28,304 nucleotides of DNA. Source: a virus (Duplodnaviria > Caudoviricetes). The position numbers were made by a program, and so were the translations under genes. The stretch covers positions 1 through 28,304 of IMG/VR virus record IMGVR_UViG_3300027668_000074; one strand, given 5' to 3'. The notes below the pieces were generated by a model. It had not been told where the DNA came from. It did no database searches and saw only the letters and a list, made by a program, of their open reading frames with translations. Each line of letters begins with the position of its first letter. The first letter of the stretch is position 1. This document shows positions 17,140 to 24,064 of the stretch, one piece after another.

Positions 17140-17691
17140 TTATAATTTTCTTACTATTATTGAATCTTTTGAATATTTCCATTTAGGTATATCTAGCATT
17201 TCTCCGCCAGCTAAAATCATCTGCTTATCTTGTACCATTGTTGTATTACTGTCAACGCCTATTCTAGCCACTTTAAGCAACTCCTTATATTTTTGTAGTT
17301 CATTATACTTTTCAACATATTGAGGCACGTCACTGTAATTTAAAGTCTTAGCTCCGTTTTTTCTTTTAAACTCAAATCCTTTATATTGAAAAGGTAAGTT
17401 GTTAGAAGTATGCATATCGCAAGCCTGCAATGCTAGGGGTTCAATTTGCAGAAGGGATTCTTCAATCACTTTTTTTAACTCTTTTAATCTTCCAAAAGCC
17501 TGTAATTCATAACCTTCTTCTGAGCTTTCTACTATTTCCATTATTTGATTAATCAACTCAAAGTTTAAATTAATTTGCTCCGTTTCTTCCTCTATTTCGT
17601 TTCCTATTTCTTCTTGCATTTTGTCATATAAATCTTCATTATGTTGTTCTGTATGTGAATCTCTTAATTCTGTTATTTTAATTGTTTTCAT
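17140..17691 (-). CDS. Hypothetical protein (183 aa)
   Basis: ORF in early operon; acidic N-terminus. Confidence 0.75.
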   Translation of the reverse strand: MKTIKITELRDSHTEQHNEDLYDKMQEEIGNEIEEETEQINLNFELINQIMEIVESSEEGYELQAFGRLKELKKVIEESLLQIEPLALQACDMHTSNNLPFQYKGFEFKRKNGAKTLNYSDVPQYVEKYNELQKYKELLKVARIGVDSNTTMVQDKQMILAGGEMLDIPKWKYSKDSIIVRKL

Positions 17692-17968
17692 CTTCTCTGT
17701 ATTTTAGTTCATATTGCATTATGTACTCCTTGCAGTTTTCAAGTAATTTCTTAGGTAAATAACCCACATAAGTAAAATCAGTCAGTTTTAAATCCTCTGG
17801 TAAATGATTCTCAAGAGCTATGAAATTTGTACTATGCCATTTTAAATCATTAATAGCCTTCACATACTTCTCTTTTCTTTGATTTATTATTACTTGTTTT
17901 GCCATTTCTAGTTCGTCCTTTTCAATTTCTGTTAAAAAGGGTGCTGGTATTGTTGTTTTTTCTGTCAT
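17678..17968 (-). CDS. Hypothetical protein (96 aa)
   Basis: ORF in early operon. Confidence 0.7.
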   Translation of the reverse strand: MTEKTTIPAPFLTEIEKDELEMAKQVIINQRKEKYVKAINDLKWHSTNFIALENHLPEDLKLTDFTYVGYLPKKLLENCKEYIMQYELKYREDENN

Positions 17969-17979
17969 TTTTTTTGTTT

Positions 17980-18363
17980 TTATTTACGTTTAAAGTCTTC
18001 TGATTCATCTTCGGACATAGCTCCTAGTTCGTACATACCTGAAATTTTAAGTATTGCTCTAGACATAGCCCTTTTTTCGGCCATCTCCATAACATACCAG
18101 CTAGTGCAATTCCCATTTTTATAATCTCCTTTTAAAGCACTTCCAAAAGTTTGAATAGTCCTGTTTTCTTTTGTTGCAGTTGCTTTTACAGCGCAAAATG
18201 TCGGTTCACATTTAACAACATCATAATTAATTTTAATTTTCTCAATAGCTTGTATTTTATCCATACCACTCCTAGTGATTATCATATAATGAGCGTGTTT
18301 AAAAACATCTTCTTGAGAAAGTTTATATTGCTTATATTTCTCTGTTAGTTTTTCTCTGTTCAT
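17980..18363 (-). CDS. Putative ssDNA-annealing/recombination protein
   Basis: 'IITRSGMDKI', 'MAEKRAMSRAILK', 'SEDESEDF' resemble annealase-type motifs; early operon position. Confidence 0.45.
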   Translation of the reverse strand: MNREKLTEKYKQYKLSQEDVFKHAHYMIITRSGMDKIQAIEKIKINYDVVKCEPTFCAVKATATKENRTIQTFGSALKGDYKNGNCTSWYVMEMAEKRAMSRAILKISGMYELGAMSEDESEDFKRK

Positions 18364-18566
18364 AGGTATTTTTTTATTTGATACATGGAAATTGTATGCC
18401 TATATCCATTAGATTTAAACTCATAAAGCCCTTGGTGTATCTTGTTTAATAATGTTCTGTAATCAATTCTCATAATTACTGAGGCTTCTCTACACGTTAA
18501 TATTGTAGCCTTGTCTTTTTCTTCTTGCATCATTTGTGCAATTTGTTTTACTAATAGTTCTTGCAT
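18360..18566 (-). CDS. Excisionase-like HTH protein
   Basis: 68 aa; 'ILTCREASVIMRIDYRTLLNKIHQG' winged-HTH pattern. Confidence 0.6.
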   Translation of the reverse strand: MQELLVKQIAQMMQEEKDKATILTCREASVIMRIDYRTLLNKIHQGLYEFKSNGYRHTISMYQIKKYL

Positions 18567-18745
18567 TATTTCTTTAGATTTAATGATAGCTCTCTAGCTA
18601 CATAATTGATGTGTTTTTGGGTTGTCATACTCCAGTATCCTAGCTGGTTTAAATTATTGCCTTTTATTTTAGCTACAATAGTTTTGTAACTCCAGACATT
18701 ATCTCCCTCTATTCTTAAATTTTGCTTGTATTTACTTAATTGCAT
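18566..18745 (-). CDS. Small hypothetical protein (59 aa)
   Basis: Manual ORF MQLSKYKQNLRIEGDNVWSYKTIVAKIKGNNLNQLGYWSMTTQKHINYVARELSLNLKK; overlaps both neighbours. Confidence 0.75.
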   Translation of the reverse strand: MQLSKYKQNLRIEGDNVWSYKTIVAKIKGNNLNQLGYWSMTTQKHINYVARELSLNLKK

Positions 18746-18963
18746 ATTGATTTTTGTTTAGTTATTAATTGTTTTTTCTTATTATAATTCTGCATAATAT
18801 CTACCACCTTACCTTGATGTTTTTCTGGTACTTGATAAAAACCTGAAAACCAATTGCATTGAACACTTCTGGGATTCATGTTAAAATATTCAGCAACCTG
18901 TATCGTTAGCTCTTTTTTGTTAGCAGCTAAATCGTATTCTGTTTTTATGCGTTTTTTATACAT
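18736..18963 (-). CDS. Cro-like HTH protein
   Basis: First gene of early operon, divergent from repressor; 'QVAEYFNMNPRSVQCNWF'. Confidence 0.55.
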   Translation of the reverse strand: MYKKRIKTEYDLAANKKELTIQVAEYFNMNPRSVQCNWFSGFYQVPEKHQGKVVDIMQNYNKKKQLITKQKSICN

Positions 18964-18982
18964 TTCTTGTAGTTTGTTACAA

Positions 18983-19012
18983 CAAATATATAATAATAAT
19001 AATAATAAACAA
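18983..19012 (-). promoter_or_regulatory. Early (lytic) promoter
   Basis: TTG(19012-19010)-N19-TATATTTG(18990-18983); spacer is almost entirely (TTA)6. Confidence 0.7.
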
Positions 19013-19107
19013 CATTTAATGTAATAAAACTTATATTATTTATAAGAAATGTCAGAATTATAGAGTGAAATTAATTTTTGGGCCAGTTTTGGTCATTTAG
19101 TACTTAG

Positions 19108-19131
19108 TAAATACCAGTTTTGTGGTATTTA
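19108..19131. promoter_or_regulatory. Candidate operator (inverted repeat)
   Basis: TAAATACCA-GTTTTG-TGGTATTTA, perfect 9-bp arms in the cro/repressor intergenic region. Confidence 0.5.
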
Positions 19132-19304
19132 TATTCATTATTATTAACGTTTGTTACTAATTTTTGGGAAAATTGAATAATTTTTTATATAATTGATATA
19201 AGGAATTACTGATAAGAAATATGTTAATTAACGTGTTTATTCCTAATTTATATATAGATGATGTTGTTTTGATGTATATTGCGCATACACCAACAAAAAC
19301 TAAA

Positions 19305-19859
19305 ATGAATAATTCAAGCGATAGAGTTATTGAACTGCTAAAGGAATTGAATATGTCACCTAATTATTTTTCAAGGCAATGTGGATATTCACAACCGACA
19401 ACCATTTACAATGTCTGTAATGGTGGCCTGCCTAGTTCAAAAACTATAAACAGAATATGTGATAAATTTGCTCAAGTAAATAGAGACTGGTTGTCAACTG
19501 GTTTTGGAAATATGTTTATTGATGCAACAATCAAAGCAAAAGAGCCTTTAATAAATGAGGACGATTTGACTACAACTGCTTCTCAGATAATTAACACTTT
19601 GCAACCAAAAATTCAAAATGTTATTGATACAATTGTTCCTAAAATGTTAAGACACGATTTAGTTACCAAAGCAGAAAAAGTTCTTTCTGACCTAAGTGGA
19701 GCGTTTGAAGAACTTAATCAAGTGAAAACAGTACTAGATTCCCAGACTGCGGAACTAGAGGCAATACATAAAAAAATAAACTCCATTGAAAGAATGGCAG
19801 CTATGAGAGTGATTAAAGAAGCTAGCAAAAAAAACAAGGGGGGTTTAGACCTTAATTAA
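19305..19859 (+). CDS. CI-like repressor (XRE HTH)
   Basis: 'RVIELLKELNMSPNYFSRQCGYSQPTTIYNV...PSSKTINRIC...VNRDWLSTGFGNMF'; start moved from 19221 to ATG 19305 (A-rich leader, TATATTGC box at 19275-19282). Confidence 0.8.
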   Translation: MNNSSDRVIELLKELNMSPNYFSRQCGYSQPTTIYNVCNGGLPSSKTINRICDKFAQVNRDWLSTGFGNMFIDATIKAKEPLINEDDLTTTASQIINTLQPKIQNVIDTIVPKMLRHDLVTKAEKVLSDLSGAFEELNQVKTVLDSQTAELEAIHKKINSIERMAAMRVIKEASKKNKGGLDLN

Positions 19860-19906
19860 TAACAGTTCCCAGCATATATTCGGAACAATACTAAAAATTA
19901 TAATAT

Positions 19907-20059
19907 ATGATAGACGTACATGAAATGGGCGCTTTAATAAGCGAAAACAAAGATAATTACACTCCAGAAGAGTACATGGTTTTGTCTGAAGAGTGGGATA
20001 AAGAATATAAAAACTACTTAATAAGAATTTTACCTGAAAATATTAAAAAATATTATTAG
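19907..20059 (+). CDS. Small hypothetical protein (50 aa)
   Basis: Manual ORF MIDVHEMGALISENKDNYTPEEYMVLSEEWDKEYKNYLIRILPENIKKYY; TATATTCG box at 19875-19882; overlaps int 3' end. Confidence 0.55.
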   Translation: MIDVHEMGALISENKDNYTPEEYMVLSEEWDKEYKNYLIRILPENIKKYY

Positions 20060-21257
20060 CCCATTTTTGTAATTCGCCTTCCTCAAATTTCTTATAAGTT
20101 TGAAGCGTCTTAGGGTCTTTTATAGATGTTATTTTCATAATCAAATGGTCTGGAACTCCTTGATTTGCTGCAATTGTAATAAAGGTTCTTCTAGCAGTAT
20201 GGCTTGAAACTCTTTCATAAAATGGTTTTATTTCTTCAATCTTTTTATTTCCGTAAAATATAGTCTTAGTTACTGGCTCATTAAATCCAGCAATTTCACA
20301 AACTTCCTTAATTGCATCATTAAACTTTTGATTGCTCACTTTAGGAAGCCTCCAGTCCCATTTATCCAACAATTTTTTTAATTTCTCTGTTATTGGTATA
20401 TAAAACTTTATGTCTGTTTTTTCAGCTCTTTTAATTATTACGTTACCAACAATATCTGACTTTTTAAACATTGTATAGTCTGAAAATCTTTGCCCAGAAT
20501 AGCATCCAATTAGAAATAAATCTCTGTATTTGTCAAGCCTTTTGCTAAGTTCTAAATCATGTAATATTTGAACTTTTTCTTTAGTTAAATAAACGTGGTC
20601 TGCCTCCCTATCCTTGACAGTTATCTCTTTATAGTTTTCTTGAACCTCAAAACCCCTTAATTTTACCCATTTTAAAAAGGTTTTAAGCCTTCTAATCCTC
20701 CTGTGAAGGGTTTTATCACTTAAATTAAAATTATCCCTTAAAAACAAGATTAAATCCAGCAGAAAATCTCTGTCAAAACTTTCAATATTTGTATATTGTT
20801 TATTAAGTAATATAAACTCATCTATTTGATTCTTTATAATGACATATTGAGCTATTGTGTTTTTCTTGAATTGTGATTGTTTAATTTTTCCATTTATAAA
20901 GTCATTATATAAGTATATGAAAGAACTACTGTTTTCAACTTTATTAATTTTATGTTTAAATCTTGAGTTTAACCTACTTTTTAGCTCATCCCTTGTAATT
21001 ATTCTTTTATCTATTTCAATGTTATTAATAGAAACATGAAGTTCTTCAATGTATCTATTTAATTTATTGGTTATTTGCTTTAATTCAAAACCAGCTGCTC
21101 CAGATTTAGATTTTGGCATTCTTGAAAAACTATTCCAGTTTATAGGATTTATAGAAATTCCAGTTGAATAAACGAGTCTTTTTTTTTCAGATTTGACGTA
21201 ATATCTTAACTTTATAGCAGATAATTTTTTGTCTGGTGTGTCTAGGTAGAAATACAT
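20043..21257 (-). CDS. int: Tyrosine integrase (Bacteroidota type)
   Basis: Arm-binding N-terminus 'YSTGISINPINW', 'GCYSGQRFSD', 'SSHTARRTFIT', C-terminal Tyr in 'KTLQTY'. Confidence 0.95.
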   Translation of the reverse strand: MYFYLDTPDKKLSAIKLRYYVKSEKKRLVYSTGISINPINWNSFSRMPKSKSGAAGFELKQITNKLNRYIEELHVSINNIEIDKRIITRDELKSRLNSRFKHKINKVENSSSFIYLYNDFINGKIKQSQFKKNTIAQYVIIKNQIDEFILLNKQYTNIESFDRDFLLDLILFLRDNFNLSDKTLHRRIRRLKTFLKWVKLRGFEVQENYKEITVKDREADHVYLTKEKVQILHDLELSKRLDKYRDLFLIGCYSGQRFSDYTMFKKSDIVGNVIIKRAEKTDIKFYIPITEKLKKLLDKWDWRLPKVSNQKFNDAIKEVCEIAGFNEPVTKTIFYGNKKIEEIKPFYERVSSHTARRTFITIAANQGVPDHLIMKITSIKDPKTLQTYKKFEEGELQKWANNIF

Positions 21258-21484
21258 TTCGGTAACTTATTCGGTAACGTATAAACTGTCTTATTCTACA
21301 CTTCATGTGTAAACTCTGCACAATAATAAACAAAAAACCTCTTAAATCCTTACCTAATCTACACATGATGTGTAAATGAGCGTAAAAAGGTTACACTCCT
21401 AGTGGGACAACAACTAACCCTCTTAAAAGTCTTATTTACAGATAGTTAAGGGGGTTCTTTTTTATTTCGGTAACGTATTCGGTA
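21256..21484. other. Putative attP site
   Basis: 21-bp direct repeats ATTTCGGTAAC(T/G)TATTCGGTA at 21256 and 21464 flank tRNA-3'-like ACTCCTAGTGGGACAACA (21395-21412); adjacent to int. Confidence 0.7.
21416..21463 (+). terminator. Intrinsic terminator after tRNA-like att core
   Basis: AACCCTCTTAA...TTAAGGGGGTT (G-U pair on + strand) followed by CTTTTTT. Confidence 0.7.
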
Positions 21485-21513
21485 CAGTTTTAATAATTTT
21501 TGTATCTTTACAA

Positions 21514-21606
21514 AGAATCTACATTTGGTCGTGGAGTTTCAATTTTATTGTTAAATTATTATTTTCTATTTAATAAAGCTCAACTTAAAAAGTTGGGCTT
21601 TTTTTT
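21514..21606 (+). ncRNA. Candidate small RNA 2
   Basis: Promoter-like TTTTTGTATCTTTA upstream, 5' hairpin TCTAC/GTGGA, U-rich linker, terminator; no ORF; ends approximate. Confidence 0.4.
21575..21606 (+). terminator. Intrinsic terminator
   Basis: AAAGCTCAACTT-AAA-AAGTTGGGC-T8. Confidence 0.8.
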
Positions 21607-21624
21607 ATGTCTTATTTTAAAATC

Positions 21625-21820
21625 GCCTTTTTTAGCCATTGTTTATGCCATAAATTAAACAGACCCCGAATACCCCCTTTTAAACCCCGAATACCCTAAT
21701 TCCCCATTTTTACCCCGATTTAGTTCCGAATATTTTTTATAACAAAAAAACTTGGCTATAGCGTGGCGGTGCTTGGCGTTTTAACAAAAAAACTGGGATA
21801 AAACAGGGATTGTCAGGGAT
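21625..21820. repeat. Phased C-tract/G-tract repeat array
   Basis: ACCCCGAATACCC at 21663 and 21684; TAACAAAAAAACT at 21740 and 21782; GGGAT at 21795, 21806, 21816. Confidence 0.7.
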
Positions 21821-21835
21821 GTTTAAAAATAAGCC

Positions 21836-21873
21836 AAAAAAAAGCCGCATTAAGGGTTTTCCTTTTAGCGGCT
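21836..21873 (-). terminator. Intrinsic terminator of lysis/late operon
   Basis: Minus strand AGCCGC-TAAAAGGAAAACCCTTAAT-GCGGC-T8. Confidence 0.8.
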
Positions 21874-21937
21874 AATTATATCGATATAATAGAAAAGAAA
21901 TCCGAAACTTTCTTTTACATTATTAAATATACAAAAA

Positions 21938-22693
21938 TTATAAATCCATCATGCAGTTTATAGCTGTTTTTCCGTTAATTATAACAGCGCAACCAATAGC
22001 TGGCTTTTTTCCAGCTTTAGCATAAGCCATAGCATAGCTAGAAAAGTCGATTCCGCAGCCTACCTGAGTTCCAAAAATTTTAAAGTTTCTTCCTACTGAA
22101 TATTCTGTATATGCTTGCGTGTGTAAATGCCCCTGAACTGTGCTTTGCATATCGGCTTTTGACTTTGTCCGTGCTGTTCCAGCTTCTCCATGAATGTATT
22201 GAACATTATCGTATTCAACGCGCTCTGTAAAATTCCAGTTAGGAGTTTCTAATACATCTTTATACGCTTTTATCCACTTACTAGGTATTGCAGAAGTTTG
22301 TGCCTTACGCATTATTAACCTATCATGATTGCCGATTATTACATCTGCCTCTCTAAAAGAAGTATAATATCTCCTTAATCTATCAATAGCAAGCTCTAAT
22401 TCTTGGCCGCCTGAATAGCCGTCAACATCTGTTTCATGGTAGCTACTGTAATGATTATCGATTACATCGCCAATAAATATTACTTGGTTACAATTCCATT
22501 TGTGGTAAGTATCTACGCAATGTTGATGATATTCTTCTAAATCAAAAGGGGAATGAAGGTCGCCAATTACTAAAATTCGTTTTTCTTTTGGCTTTTCCTT
22601 TTCTCTATAGTTATAAATAATTTCGTACTCTTTTTCGTTTAATCTTATTTTTGGATTTCCGTTGTCAGAATACCTTTCGTTAAATTTTTTCAT
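21938..22693 (-). CDS. Calcineurin-like metallophosphoesterase
   Basis: Motifs GDLH, GDVID, GNHD, HG, GHLH. Confidence 0.92.
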   Translation of the reverse strand: MKKFNERYSDNGNPKIRLNEKEYEIIYNYREKEKPKEKRILVIGDLHSPFDLEEYHQHCVDTYHKWNCNQVIFIGDVIDNHYSSYHETDVDGYSGGQELELAIDRLRRYYTSFREADVIIGNHDRLIMRKAQTSAIPSKWIKAYKDVLETPNWNFTERVEYDNVQYIHGEAGTARTKSKADMQSTVQGHLHTQAYTEYSVGRNFKIFGTQVGCGIDFSSYAMAYAKAGKKPAIGCAVIINGKTAINCMMDL

Positions 22694-23069
22694 TTGCGTT
22701 TTTTACTTTTTCAAGACTTCTCCCTCCAAAATACGCGCCTATAACTGTAATTAAAACTAACTGTAATAAATCTATCCAGCTTGCTTTAACTTCAAACGCA
22801 ATCACCCCCGCTTCTATAAAAATCATTAATACTGTAGAAATAACTAAAAATATTAAAACCATTGGTCTAACATTTTTGCTTAACCAACTATCACTAGAAG
22901 CATCTGCTTTCCATCTTTCAGTAACGTTTTTTTGTATTTCTATTTCGTGGTTTAAGATTGCTTTTTCAATCTCATTTTTAAGCTGTAATTTCTCTTCTTT
23001 TGAAGTAACTACTTCATCAATTATATTACCAGCCTGACCAACTAATTTTGCTAGTATATTACTTAGCAT
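22680..23069 (-). CDS. Holin (3TM, GTA-type)
   Basis: 'ERWKAD.SSDSWLSKNVRP', two TM segments, 'AYFGGRSLEK'; next to endolysin. Confidence 0.85.
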   Translation of the reverse strand: MLSNILAKLVGQAGNIIDEVVTSKEEKLQLKNEIEKAILNHEIEIQKNVTERWKADASSDSWLSKNVRPMVLIFLVISTVLMIFIEAGVIAFEVKASWIDLLQLVLITVIGAYFGGRSLEKVKNANEKI

Positions 23070-23553
23070 CTGCCTTTTTCTTCTTTTTAGCTTTAAAACT
23101 TTTAGGCTGAAAATCCCAATACTCCTCTATTGCATTAAAACAAGGACATGATTTGAGCCACTCGTCACTCGTAATTTCCCCATCTCCGTTTTTGTCAGGG
23201 CTCAAATCTCTATGCCCAACAATTTTTGCCTTTGGATATTTAGCCTTTAATAATTTTAAAAGTTTAATTATCAACTCTTTTTGTCTTGGCGTTCTTGTGT
23301 CTTTAGGCTTGCCATTTACGTCTAATCCGCCAGCGTAAGCTATTGCAATTGCATTAGAATTATGCCCACGAACTGAAGCTGGCATTTTTTCAATTGGCCT
23401 TCCTGTCATAAAATTTTGATGTTGAACTAAAAAATTGTAGCCAATATCTGACCAGCCTCTAGCTTTGTGCCAACTTCTAACTTGTTCAACTGTTACTGAA
23501 CGCCCTTCTTTTGTTGCAGTACAATGAATATGAATTTCTTTAATTTCTCTCAT
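23059..23553 (-). CDS. Endolysin, N-acetylmuramoyl-L-alanine amidase (T7 lysozyme-like)
   Basis: 'IHCTAT', 'RGWSDIGYN', 'GHNS.AIAIAYAGG', 'GHRD', 'KSCPCF'. Confidence 0.93.
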   Translation of the reverse strand: MREIKEIHIHCTATKEGRSVTVEQVRSWHKARGWSDIGYNFLVQHQNFMTGRPIEKMPASVRGHNSNAIAIAYAGGLDVNGKPKDTRTPRQKELIIKLLKLLKAKYPKAKIVGHRDLSPDKNGDGEITSDEWLKSCPCFNAIEEYWDFQPKSFKAKKKKKADAK

Positions 23554-23860
23554 CTCGTTTTTTTCTAGGTTTTAATCTGTTTTTAGCATTTAAAATTAAT
23601 TTTTCTTCCATTCTAGCCACTTTTACAAGTAATTGAGTGTTTTCTTCAATAAGCGTTTGAATTTTAACCTCTAAGCCGCTAATTTTGTCGGTCAAGGCTT
23701 GTATTTGATTTATAAACACTTCGTCTTCACGTTCATCTTTCTTGGCATTTAAGTCAAGTTTCTTTTTCCAAATGTTCCAAATCTCTTTTATTCCTAATGC
23801 AGAGATTAATGCTACTAGCATTGTGTGGTCTTCCATTCTTATCCTTTTTAAATTGTTCAT
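23540..23860 (-). CDS. Membrane-anchored coiled-coil protein (lysis accessory candidate)
   Basis: Hydrophobic 'MLVALISALGIKEIW' then coiled coil; start at 23860 (ATGA overlap) or 23836. Confidence 0.6.
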   Translation of the reverse strand: MNNLKRIRMEDHTMLVALISALGIKEIWNIWKKKLDLNAKKDEREDEVFINQIQALTDKISGLEVKIQTLIEENTQLLVKVARMEEKLILNAKNRLKPRKKRDERN

Positions 23861-24060
23861 TCTGGTTCTGGTGGTGTAGGGTCTGGATATATGTCGTAAT
23901 CTTCTAAAACTAGCCTCCACTCTTCTTGTGTGTAATATTTCTCTAAAATTGGCTGACCAGAAAGTATCGTACCTCCTATTTCTGCATAACCATAATTTAT
24001 GACTGTTAAATCATTGTTTCTAGCTATAAACCAAGTGTTTTTATCTACTGTTTCTTTCAT
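23857..24060 (-). CDS. Small hypothetical protein downstream of fibre-like gene
   Basis: Likely start MKETVDKN at 24060, 4 nt after upstream stop; 67 aa. Confidence 0.6.
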   Translation of the reverse strand: MKETVDKNTWFIARNNDLTVINYGYAEIGGTILSGQPILEKYYTQEEWRLVLEDYDIYPDPTPPEPE

Positions 24061-24064
24061 TTTA

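Noticed and set aside
21340-21415. Complete tRNA gene
   Set aside because: Only a 3'-end-like fragment; no upstream acceptor 5' strand, D arm or anticodon arm
21256-21820. Possible CRISPR or mini-array
   Set aside because: Repeats are short (9-21 nt), of several kinds, irregularly spaced and without unique spacers of constant length; no cas genes
23165-23200. EF-hand-like DKNGDGEITSDE loop in endolysin as a novelty
   Set aside because: To my knowledge a common feature of Bacteroidota amidases of this type
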